NCBI GenBank assembly: GCA_021513715.1
Contig: CP084167.1
Span: 1,440,001 to 1,504,000, forward strand
Source of the DNA: Candidatus Heimdallarchaeum endolithica
Lineage (GTDB): Archaea; Asgardarchaeota; Heimdallarchaeia; Heimdallarchaeales; Heimdallarchaeaceae
Length of the DNA stretch: 64,000 nucleotides
Direction: 5' to 3'
Positions 47,308 to 56,687 of this stretch are shown here, piece by piece. Both the position numbers and the translations under genes were made by a program. Each line of letters begins with the position of its first letter. The first letter of the stretch is position 1. Under the pieces are notes generated by a model that saw only the letters and a program-made list of their open reading frames with translations, had not been told where the DNA came from and ran no database searches.

Positions 47308-48975
47308 ATGAGTTACGTAGAGAAAGCATTGTATCAGTACATAAAAGGAATATTTGTTGATGGATTTAAAGTCCTTTTTAGTAAAAAATATGTTGTTTAT
47401 ACGAGCATATTTTTAGCTTCAATAGTAAGTACAACAGTCTTATATACTCTCCAAGCATTCCAAGTAAACATTGGAATAGATCTAAGTAGTTTATCTTCAT
47501 TGTTTTTAAAGATTGAACTAGCCCTTGCTTTAACTTATTTCTTGAGTGGTTTAATTCTAGCAAGGTATCCAGTTTACTTCTGGATAATTCCAGTACTGAT
47601 TTTTACTGGTGGTCTAGTTGTAGTATTTTATTTTCTTCCAGACATTCTAAAAGTAATTCCTGACTTAAGCCCTTATTTTGCAGTTATCTTTTATTTGTCA
47701 TGGATTATATTGTCAGTCTTCCTTTCTTTTTCTCTGTCACGAAACTTTTTTGGGAATAAATATTTAGGAAGTGCTCTGTTTCTGGGAAAAAAGAAAAATG
47801 AAGGAGGAATTTTATTTTCAGGTATTATTTTTATTGTAGCTTTAGTTAATTTAGCAATATCTAGTTATTTGCTCTATATAAGCGTAATGAGCCTTTTTAC
47901 TTCAAACAAACAGATCTTTCTTTTCGTAGCTTCAATTGCATCAATAATATCAACAAGCATCATTTTTGCAATTATCTTTAAACTTGGTACATATGATGAT
48001 GTTTTCTATACGATTATTGCCTTCTATTATGTTTTTACTAGTTATATTCTTTGGAAACTAGCTTTCTACTATTTTACCTCATCAGAGGTTGGAGATATAA
48101 CAGTCTCAAATGTTGATGTCATAACAAGTGTATTTACTAGTTTGTTCTGGGCAATCTATTCAATGAGCAGCTATGGAAGAAAAATTAGACAAATAAAAGC
48201 TTTAGATGAAGAACTAGAGAAAACAGAAAAAATCATCAAAAAAGAAACTTTAGAGGAACAAAAAGAGTTTGAAAAAATTAAAAGTATGAAAATCCCTCAA
48301 ATAAAAATTAAAGAAGACGATTCATGGTTAGAAAAAAGAAAGAAGATTCAACAGATGAAAAAAGCAGAAAAAGAAAAATTGAAGGCATTAAAGAAGTTTA
48401 ATAAGCAAAGAGAAAAAAGAAAGAAATTTGCTCAAATGAGATTAGAAGAAGCCAGAAAAGAAACAGAAGAGCGTATTGCGAAATCTAAAGAGAAATGGTT
48501 TATTTTTAGAATACCTGATCTCTTAGGACCTGATGGTGTTTTGCTAACTATAATGGGAATGATTCTTGGATATCACGTTACTAACATCCAATTTCTAGCT
48601 CAAGAAGACTTGTTTAGTTCAATTTCTTATTTAAGTTCTGATAGATTGTTTGGTTTAAGAGATAAATTTGCCATTTTATCGATAATGCTTATTATTGTTC
48701 TATTTTTAATAAGTTATGAAACATCAGAAAAATTCAGAAATTATGCTTCACCTGAGTTATACAGACTAGAAATTTTACCTTCATTTGATGAACTTATGGA
48801 ACTTATAGAAAAAGTAAAATCTGGCGAAGTTTCATGGCAAGCAATAGCAAAAGACATGATTTTATCTGGAGCAAAAGCTGCACTAGGGGCAGCAGCCACA
48901 AAAGCTTTTGTTACACCTAGTAAAGCAATTGCTCGTAAGTTTAAAAAATTGATTTCAGGAGAAAAAGAAGAATAA
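47308..48975 (+). CDS. Multi-pass membrane protein with a charged coiled-coil loop
   Basis: About 10 TM segments plus a roughly 100-aa K/E-rich insertion. Confidence 0.7.
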   Translation: MSYVEKALYQYIKGIFVDGFKVLFSKKYVVYTSIFLASIVSTTVLYTLQAFQVNIGIDLSSLSSLFLKIELALALTYFLSGLILARYPVYFWIIPVLIFTGGLVVVFYFLPDILKVIPDLSPYFAVIFYLSWIILSVFLSFSLSRNFFGNKYLGSALFLGKKKNEGGILFSGIIFIVALVNLAISSYLLYISVMSLFTSNKQIFLFVASIASIISTSIIFAIIFKLGTYDDVFYTIIAFYYVFTSYILWKLAFYYFTSSEVGDITVSNVDVITSVFTSLFWAIYSMSSYGRKIRQIKALDEELEKTEKIIKKETLEEQKEFEKIKSMKIPQIKIKEDDSWLEKRKKIQQMKKAEKEKLKALKKFNKQREKRKKFAQMRLEEARKETEERIAKSKEKWFIFRIPDLLGPDGVLLTIMGMILGYHVTNIQFLAQEDLFSSISYLSSDRLFGLRDKFAILSIMLIIVLFLISYETSEKFRNYASPELYRLEILPSFDELMELIEKVKSGEVSWQAIAKDMILSGAKAALGAAATKAFVTPSKAIARKFKKLISGEKEE

Positions 48976-49000
48976 AAAAACAAATAATTTTTCCTTTTTT

Positions 49001-49864
49001 TTAAAGTGAGTGTACTAAATCAGATAGTGAGTTAGTGATAATATCAGGATAAAATGTTTTAGCTATTTTTTCTAAATCAGACAAACTTGATGCTCCTCCA
49101 AGAACAAAACAAGCATTAATACCAACGTTTTTTGCTCCTACAATGTCTGTTTCAAGTCTATCACCAAACATAATCGTTTCATTATTTTTAACAGAAGCTG
49201 ACTTCAAAGCTTCATTAAACATCAAAGGCTTTGGTTTTCCTATAATAGTATCTATTTTCCTATTTGATAATTTTTCAAGAATATCAATCATTGCTCCTCC
49301 TCCAGGAATAAAACCAAATGGAGTAGGAAAAGTGACATCAGCATTTGTTCCTATAAATCGCACTTGCTTATTTTTTAAAATATTCATTGCTCTGGCTAAT
49401 TTTACATAGGTCAATTTCCTATCCATACCTGTAATAACAATATCAACACTTCTCAATTCAAAATCAAATGGATCTTCAGAGTCTTTTTCTTCCCAATTAT
49501 TTAAAACTTCTAGATTAAATCTTTCTAATTCTTGTTTTAGTCCTTGTTCTCCTATAACATAAATTTTACTTCTAGGAAAAGTTTCTGAAACATATTTTGC
49601 TGTGAGATAAGCTGAAGTAAGAATTTGGTTAATGTTTACATTAATCCCAAAGTTCCTCAATTTTTCTACATATTCTTCACGAGTTTTTGTGCTGTTATTA
49701 GTTAGTACGAAAATTTTCTTTTTTTTCTCTTCTAAAATAGTCAGTAACTCCTTAGCTCCTGGAAGAATAGTGTTTTCTTTATATAACACTCCATCCCCAT
49801 CAAAAAAGAATGCTTCAAATTGTAATAATTTGTCACTAAAATCTGAGCTCATTTCTTTCCACAC
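49001..49864 (-). CDS. HAD-IIA (NagD-like) sugar/nucleotide phosphatase
   Basis: FDGDGVL, LTNNS, GKP and GDRLETDI motifs. Confidence 0.92.
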   Translation of the reverse strand: MWKEMSSDFSDKLLQFEAFFFDGDGVLYKENTILPGAKELLTILEEKKKKIFVLTNNSTKTREEYVEKLRNFGINVNINQILTSAYLTAKYVSETFPRSKIYVIGEQGLKQELERFNLEVLNNWEEKDSEDPFDFELRSVDIVITGMDRKLTYVKLARAMNILKNKQVRFIGTNADVTFPTPFGFIPGGGAMIDILEKLSNRKIDTIIGKPKPLMFNEALKSASVKNNETIMFGDRLETDIVGAKNVGINACFVLGGASSLSDLEKIAKTFYPDIITNSLSDLVHSL

Positions 49865-49917
49865 TTATAAGAAAGGAAAACATTAGTTTTTTATACATTG
49901 TCTTTCTTTCTTTATAC

Positions 49918-52743
49918 GTGAGTGCTATTAAAAAAATTTCTTGTTCTATTATCCTTGTTTTACTCTTAAGTTCAGAATCCTATGGAATAGTATACGACAA
50001 GCATAGTAATCAAGAGAATAAGGAAGCAATAGAAAAAACTAGCTTCAAAGATGTATTTAAAGAGAAACAATTACTAGAAGAGTTCAATAAAGCCTCTGCA
50101 GATCAAAATTTTAGGTTTTTTCTCAAACCAAGGAATTATGATTCACGAGTTGTTTTATTGAATGAAGGTAGAAGAGTTAAAGCAATTTCAATAATAGATG
50201 GTCTTTTTGGTACATATACAAAAACAGAGCTGATAGATTTAATCAATAGAGGATTAATTCTTTCTATTTGGAATAATAGTCAGATAACAATAGCAGATTC
50301 TGGAGTAAATATATCGTCCTCACTAGTTCAAAACACTTCTAATTTCACTGAAATGATTAATGCGACAACATTATGGAAAAACAACATTAAAGGAGATAAT
50401 GTAACAGTAGCTATTTTAGATACAGGGATATTAAAAAATCATCCTGCATTAAACGCAACACAAGACGGTAAAGCCAGAATTATTGCAACAAAGAATTTTT
50501 TTGATGAAAACTCTTATCCCACAGACAATAATGGACATGGTTCAGCATTAGCTGGAATCATTGGGAGTAATGGTCTTTTTGGTTACCCCATTGGTGTTTC
50601 ACCTAATTGCAATTTTATAATTGGGAAAATCTTAACTAACGAAGGTCAAGGAACATTAGAAACTTTGCTCTCTGGAATAGATTGGGCTATTAGCCAAGGA
50701 GCAGATATCATTAATCTATCAATAGGGAAGAGAGTGGAAAGTCTTCAAGCTCCTGAAATAGAAGCTGTAAATAATGCAGTAAAGAAGGGAATAATCATAA
50801 TCAGTGCTGTTGGTAATTCAAGGGGAAAGTTAGAATTTGGATATAATTCAAAATTTACTGTTCTTAGCCCAGGAATAGCAAGTGACGGTATAACAGTTGG
50901 TGCAATAGATAATAATGAAGTTTTATATGAATTTAGTAGTGGAGGTCCAGTAACAATTAATTATAATGAAACTGAAGGAAAAAATCTTTATGATTTCCAA
51001 GATATTGATTATTGGATAAAACCAGATGTTGTGTCCCCCGGAGTAAGAATTAATACAACAACAAATGTTCTAGATTCAACAAAAATAGTAACAGGTACTA
51101 GTTACTCAACTGCAGTAGTTTCAGGATTATGTGCTCTAATTTTATCTGTAAATAAAGAATATAAGCCATCGATAATAAAGTCAGCCTTTTTGGAAAGCGC
51201 AAAAAAATTAGAAAATAATCTACTTTTCCCCTCTAATAAAACAACCAAAATATCTCCTGATATTTTCTATCAAGGAGCAGGATTAGTTGATGCAGTTCAA
51301 ATATTAGAAAAATTAGAAAATGTTCAAGATTTTACTGTATGGCCATCAGATCTTACTTTTATTGAAAGAAGATTGTTCATTAATGAGAAAAAGCAGTTTT
51401 ACATCAGTTTATTTATTAACAAACCCATTGAACACTTTAAAGTTGATATTAGTAGCAAAATCAATGAAGGATTAAAAATAAATAATTTAGATTCCTTAAA
51501 CTCTAGTTCTATCGGTCAATATAATCTTGTTTTCTCAATTGATGGAGAAAAACTTTCTTTAGGAACCCACAAGGGAGAAATAACTTTTCTTTCATCTTCT
51601 TTAAACATTAGTTTATTCTTACAAATAAATATCATTAGCGCAAAAGGGAAAGTGTTGGTTGACTTTTATGAGGAAGACCCTACTGATTATTATTCATTAA
51701 AAGGATCGTTAACTAGTTTAGCCAAAACATTAAGAAAATTACAATTGGTAACTTTTTTCCTCAGGAGAGATATAGAACAAGAAACATTGTCCAGTCTAAA
51801 CCTTTTAGATTATGATATAATTGTTTTAATTAATCCAAATGGAACTTCAAAATTAAAAGAATATTATTCAAGTAATGACTTAGAAGCTTTAAAAGACTAT
51901 GTGCTTCCTAAAGGCAAATATAAAGGAGGAAGTCTTTTAATTTTTCCTTCACAATTAAGTGACTTCAATTTTATTGCCAACTTAACAAATTTATTCAAAA
52001 TTTCTCTAAATAAAACAGAAATCGAAAATGAATTTTTCAAATATAGTTTTACAAACAGTCAATTATTTTCATTCCCAAACGAAGTAAGTGAATTTTACAT
52101 CCCTAACCCTTTCATTATTAAAGGAGAAAACAGCTCTGTAAGGAATTATGAAAATCGTTTTGCTTACGTAGACTACAGACATGGAGGAGGATCTCTTGTT
52201 TTTGTAGCAAATAATATTAACATGTTTCTCTCATCCCCCTACCTGTACTCGACTTCTAGTGGCAAATATGACACTACTCGATCATCTTCAAAATTTGAGG
52301 ATAATACAAAATTACTGGAAAACATCATTTATACTTGTGCTCCTACATACATGATAACAACGGTTGAAACTGAAAAAAATGAGTTTGTAAAAAATGAAAA
52401 AATAACATTGGAAATAACTCTTGAGAATTTTCATAAATATGTGTCAGGGTGGACTTTTGCTGTTACTTTAGAAAATGAAAAAACATGCATTGTTCCTTCT
52501 TTCCAATATATAGATCTTGAAAATGGTTCTTATTCCATAATAATAGATTTAGAAAAAAACAATATTAAACCAGGACATTATTCATTAGTTGTAAGATCTT
52601 TTGCCGGAAATGAGAAAATTGAAGTGGATGTCATAACTAATTTTTCTCTAACCCCCAGACTTGTAGAAATACCGCTTATTATATGCATTATTACCATTGT
52701 ATTTTCTAAAAGCAAAAAAAAGAGAGTAAAAACTAAGCAATAG
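49918..52743 (+). CDS. Membrane-anchored S8 subtilisin-like protease with site-1-protease-like architecture
   Basis: ILDTG, NGHGS, GNS, KPDVVSPG, GTSYS and QGAGLVD motifs; followed by Ig-like and GATase-like domains and a C-terminal TM. Confidence 0.85.
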   Translation: MSAIKKISCSIILVLLLSSESYGIVYDKHSNQENKEAIEKTSFKDVFKEKQLLEEFNKASADQNFRFFLKPRNYDSRVVLLNEGRRVKAISIIDGLFGTYTKTELIDLINRGLILSIWNNSQITIADSGVNISSSLVQNTSNFTEMINATTLWKNNIKGDNVTVAILDTGILKNHPALNATQDGKARIIATKNFFDENSYPTDNNGHGSALAGIIGSNGLFGYPIGVSPNCNFIIGKILTNEGQGTLETLLSGIDWAISQGADIINLSIGKRVESLQAPEIEAVNNAVKKGIIIISAVGNSRGKLEFGYNSKFTVLSPGIASDGITVGAIDNNEVLYEFSSGGPVTINYNETEGKNLYDFQDIDYWIKPDVVSPGVRINTTTNVLDSTKIVTGTSYSTAVVSGLCALILSVNKEYKPSIIKSAFLESAKKLENNLLFPSNKTTKISPDIFYQGAGLVDAVQILEKLENVQDFTVWPSDLTFIERRLFINEKKQFYISLFINKPIEHFKVDISSKINEGLKINNLDSLNSSSIGQYNLVFSIDGEKLSLGTHKGEITFLSSSLNISLFLQINIISAKGKVLVDFYEEDPTDYYSLKGSLTSLAKTLRKLQLVTFFLRRDIEQETLSSLNLLDYDIIVLINPNGTSKLKEYYSSNDLEALKDYVLPKGKYKGGSLLIFPSQLSDFNFIANLTNLFKISLNKTEIENEFFKYSFTNSQLFSFPNEVSEFYIPNPFIIKGENSSVRNYENRFAYVDYRHGGGSLVFVANNINMFLSSPYLYSTSSGKYDTTRSSSKFEDNTKLLENIIYTCAPTYMITTVETEKNEFVKNEKITLEITLENFHKYVSGWTFAVTLENEKTCIVPSFQYIDLENGSYSIIIDLEKNNIKPGHYSLVVRSFAGNEKIEVDVITNFSLTPRLVEIPLIICIITIVFSKSKKKRVKTKQ

Positions 52744-53113
52744 CGTTTTTAATATCAGAAGCATATCTTGCTAAAACCTGCATTGATAATGCAAGACTAT
52801 AAATCTCTCTTGAAGCTGCTAAAGTTATTACTTCTCCAGTATTCTGGAGAATAACAAAACCTTCTTTTCCTTTAATAATAACTTGATCCAGTTCACCATA
52901 CTTTAACTGGGTGACCGTTTGCATTCCTGCAGCATTTAAAGCAGAAGCTAATGCTGCCATAATAACTGAATCTGTACCTTGCTCAGCAAAAAAAGCTAAT
53001 TCTTGTCCTTCTGAAGTAACTACTGCTATAGCGCCAAGATCACATTGTTTTGTAATTTTCTTAAGAATTTGAATCACTGCTTTTTTTTGTTCTGGAGTTA
53101 AATCTGTAATCAT
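52733..53113 (-). CDS. Roadblock/LC7 domain protein
   Basis: AVVTSEG, MAALASAL and GELDQVIIKGKEGFVIL motifs. Confidence 0.9.
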   Translation of the reverse strand: MITDLTPEQKKAVIQILKKITKQCDLGAIAVVTSEGQELAFFAEQGTDSVIMAALASALNAAGMQTVTQLKYGELDQVIIKGKEGFVILQNTGEVITLAASREIYSLALSMQVLARYASDIKNAIA

Positions 53114-53190
53114 TGTTAAATAATAAATAAATCACAATTAAAAACCCTTTGCTTGTAAAAGATATTTTAAGTTAATAAGTGAATTATTTG

Positions 53191-53850
53191 CTAAAAAATA
53201 CGAGAACTATGAGCATTACAAACAGGAGTAAAAACATTTTCCACAATTCCATTATGCTCATACTTCCAACTGTTTAGAAATTTTGCTTCTTTTCCACAGA
53301 TATAACATCTTCTTGGCTGATCAAGTGGTTTTTTAACTCTTGATTTTCTATTCCAATAAACTTGGAATTCTTCAACTTTTTTAGTAAATTTATCTAACAT
53401 CTTTTGTGCATCTTCTGATTCACTGGGTTTCACTCCTTTATAAAAAACAATCCAACTCCAAACTACGACTGTTAAGATATTCTTAAAAGATTTAATTGGT
53501 ATCTTAGTAAAACCACTAATTATTATTTCACGATATGTATCCTCAACTCGATAGTCAAGTCTCACTTCTTTTTTTGTAAATTGATCACCAAAATCTAAAT
53601 CATATTTCTCCTTAATCCGAACTAATCTTTTACCAATTTCAGAAAACAACCAATCAACAGTATTCCAGCTTCCTTTTCTCTTTAACTCCATGAATTTTAT
53701 TCTAACATTGGGAAACGATATAGAAATAAATAATTCACTTACAGCACTATTTGCCTTTCTTACTAAATATTCATAAAGGCCAACAGGAAATTCGAGAGAT
53801 TTTTCTAGGTGCACTGGAATCACTCCAGAATTAAAACACGCTTTTTTCAC
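53191..53850 (-). CDS. Hypothetical protein with C-terminal zinc finger
   Basis: CYICGKEA...VCNAH motif. Confidence 0.55.
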   Translation of the reverse strand: MKKACFNSGVIPVHLEKSLEFPVGLYEYLVRKANSAVSELFISISFPNVRIKFMELKRKGSWNTVDWLFSEIGKRLVRIKEKYDLDFGDQFTKKEVRLDYRVEDTYREIIISGFTKIPIKSFKNILTVVVWSWIVFYKGVKPSESEDAQKMLDKFTKKVEEFQVYWNRKSRVKKPLDQPRRCYICGKEAKFLNSWKYEHNGIVENVFTPVCNAHSSRIF

Positions 53851-53960
53851 CTATAAATCTTATCATTTTAAGATTTCATTGCTTGAAAATTGATTGTCAT
53901 TACAAAAATAAAAATTCTACAACTTTATATAATCATATCAATTTAGAATTTTAGATTTGC

Positions 53961-56123
53961 TTGAATGAAGAAAACTTAGATTTTTGCCCTAATTGTGGAA
54001 AGATACTTGTTATAAAAAATAATAAAGCATATTGTTCAAAATGCAATATTAAAATTAAAATTAACACAACAAACTCAGAGAATATAGAAATAGAACAAGA
54101 TAATTTTAATAATTATCAAAAAAGAAGAGAACAAAAAAAGAAAAACAGAGAATTGAAGAACATTAAAGAGAACCAAACAACAGGACAAAGTTTACAAGAA
54201 TGGGAAAGGTTTTTTCCATATAAAACAATTAGAGCACAACAAGAAACGATTATTTCAACTATTTTAAACACTATTAATGAAAAAAAACACATACTTATTC
54301 AAGCTGTAAATGGAGTAGGAAAAACAATTTCATTATTAACTGGAGTTTTACCTACAGCTAAAAAAGAAAAAAAAGTAGTAGTTTATACTTGTAGAACACA
54401 TGAACAGATGGACAGAGTTGCAGAAGAACTAAAGAACATCCGTTTATTTCAAAAAATAAGTGCTATTACTTTAAGGGGAAGAAAAGAATTATGTCCAAAT
54501 AAACTCATCCAAAAGTTCGCTGTTGATGCAAAAAATACAGCTGAAATTTGCGCTCAACTAAAGAAAGAAGGTAAATGCAAATTTTTCAACAATCTCTCAA
54601 ACAGCGCTTTAATTTCTAAACTCATAAAAGATCTGGAAGTTAGCGTGTTAGACAGTACAGACTTATGGGAAATAGGAGAAACATTTGAAATATGTCCCTA
54701 TGAAATAAGCAAAAAATTGTTGTTAAAAGCTGATGTAGTTGCAACTAGTTATCAATATATTTTTAATCCTTTTATTTTTAACACGTTTCTATCTCATTTA
54801 GAAAAGAGTTTTGATGAAATAATCCTCATAATTGACGAAGCACATAATCTACCTTCCACAGCAATTGAGATTAGTAGTGAAAGTTTATCATCTATTGCTA
54901 TCGAAAATGCCATGTCTGAGGCTGCAAGAGCGAGAGAAGGATTCTTATATGATTTCTTGGAAGCTTTAAATTTTGAACTTGAAAGAAGGTCAAAAGAACT
55001 ACGGACAGAAGTGGATTTACCCTATAACCCAATCAATTTACTTGAAAAAGTAAGAGAAAGATCAAGAATAAGGTGTGATGAAACAGTAATAGAATCATTG
55101 GAATTACTCGCTGATAAAATAAAAGAAGAAAAAATGAAAAAAAATAAAGCTCCTTTATCTTCTGCATCCTCAGTAGCACGCTTTCTAGGACATCTACTAG
55201 ATTCAATTGATAAAGAAGAATACGCTCAATTTATTTCTGTAATAGAAGGAAGGAGGAGAAACCGCATTCCTACATTTACAACTTTAGCTTTAGATCCAAG
55301 AGTTATTACAAAAAGAATACTGCAAAATGTATTTTTTGCTATCTCTGCTTCTGGTACTCTTGAACCAATAGAATCTTATCAATCTTTAATTGGTGTTGAT
55401 AAAAAGAATTCAGAAGTTTTAATTCTTGATTCTCCATATACAACTGAAAATATTCAATCATTAGTAATAAACGGGGTTTCTACCAAGTTAAGTTTTAGAA
55501 CACCTGATAATTTCAAAAAAATGAATGAGTTAATTGAAGCAGTTGTTAATGCTACACCCAAGAATATTGGTATATTTTGTGCTTCTTATAAGATTCTAGA
55601 AAGCCTTCTTGAAAATGGATTAGAAGAAAGAATATCTAAACCAATGTTTATCACATATCAAGGGATGAGTTCTAGAGATAGTTTTCGTGTTATTAACTCA
55701 TTTAAAGATGAAGGAAAGTTTGAAGGAGGAGTCTTGCTTTCTGTATTAGGTGGAAGAAGTTCAGAAGGTTCAGATTATCCTGCTGAAATGATGCAAAGTG
55801 TGATTATTGTGGGTATCCCCTTTGCCAAACCTAATGCTAAAATCGAAGCTTCAATCCAATATTTAGAAAAACAATTTCCAGGAAAAGGAAGAGAATATGG
55901 TTATACTATTCCTGCTATGACTAGGGCTGCGCAAGCAGCAGGAAGACCAATTAGGAGTTTACAAGATATAGCTTCAATAATTTTGATGGATTACAGATTT
56001 GGCATAGAATATTACAGAAAACACCTTCCATCATGGATCACAGGAAATATTAGAATAATGCCTGCAGATAAAGAAATCTTAGAAAAAAGAATAAGAGAAT
56101 TTTTTAATTCTCATTTCAAATAA
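53961..56123 (+). CDS. xpd: XPD/Rad3/DinG-family Fe-S helicase with N-terminal zinc ribbon
   Basis: FFPY..R.QQ Q-motif, NGVGKT, RTHEQ, four Fe-S cysteines (ELC, EIC, KC, CPYE), DEAHN, SGTL, SEG.D, GIPF and QAAGR motifs. Confidence 0.92.
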   Translation: MNEENLDFCPNCGKILVIKNNKAYCSKCNIKIKINTTNSENIEIEQDNFNNYQKRREQKKKNRELKNIKENQTTGQSLQEWERFFPYKTIRAQQETIISTILNTINEKKHILIQAVNGVGKTISLLTGVLPTAKKEKKVVVYTCRTHEQMDRVAEELKNIRLFQKISAITLRGRKELCPNKLIQKFAVDAKNTAEICAQLKKEGKCKFFNNLSNSALISKLIKDLEVSVLDSTDLWEIGETFEICPYEISKKLLLKADVVATSYQYIFNPFIFNTFLSHLEKSFDEIILIIDEAHNLPSTAIEISSESLSSIAIENAMSEAARAREGFLYDFLEALNFELERRSKELRTEVDLPYNPINLLEKVRERSRIRCDETVIESLELLADKIKEEKMKKNKAPLSSASSVARFLGHLLDSIDKEEYAQFISVIEGRRRNRIPTFTTLALDPRVITKRILQNVFFAISASGTLEPIESYQSLIGVDKKNSEVLILDSPYTTENIQSLVINGVSTKLSFRTPDNFKKMNELIEAVVNATPKNIGIFCASYKILESLLENGLEERISKPMFITYQGMSSRDSFRVINSFKDEGKFEGGVLLSVLGGRSSEGSDYPAEMMQSVIIVGIPFAKPNAKIEASIQYLEKQFPGKGREYGYTIPAMTRAAQAAGRPIRSLQDIASIILMDYRFGIEYYRKHLPSWITGNIRIMPADKEILEKRIREFFNSHFK

Positions 56124-56165
56124 AATTGAGAAAATCTTTTAATATTGAATTAAGAATTTTAGACG

Positions 56166-56624
56166 ATGAAAGCTATTTTTGAAATTGAAAATAAATCAGA
56201 GAAGCAAGTTTTCTCCGATTTAGAAGAGATCTCTAAAAAACATAAAACTTCTGTAAAAAAAGAAGACACAGGAAAAGGATACTTTATTCTTACAAACTCC
56301 AAACTTCAAATAGTAGAGAGCGTTAAGGGGAATCAGATAATAATACAAGTTTGGGGTGCTTCAAACGAAGATATTCAAGAACTTACTAATTATTGGGGCC
56401 AACCAAAAAAACTGATAAATGAAAAACCCTCTCCCAACGATTTAGCTGAAGAGATATCACGTATTCCTAATATAACTAAAATGAACAAAAGCGATTTGCT
56501 TGAATTGTTAGAAATAAGTGAAAAAGACTTCGTACGATATAAAAGATTAATTGATAGATTAGCACAAAGGAAAAATGCGAGTGAAGAATTAAAAAAAGCG
56601 AATGAAATACTAAAAAAATTCTAA
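56166..56624 (+). CDS. Hypothetical protein
   Basis: 152-aa ORF with typical codon usage; no motif recognised. Confidence 0.55.
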   Translation: MKAIFEIENKSEKQVFSDLEEISKKHKTSVKKEDTGKGYFILTNSKLQIVESVKGNQIIIQVWGASNEDIQELTNYWGQPKKLINEKPSPNDLAEEISRIPNITKMNKSDLLELLEISEKDFVRYKRLIDRLAQRKNASEELKKANEILKKF

Positions 56625-56687
56625 TATTAAACTCATACTTATTTAAAATTAGTAGATGAGCTAGACTTATTTATAGGAAAAACTTAA

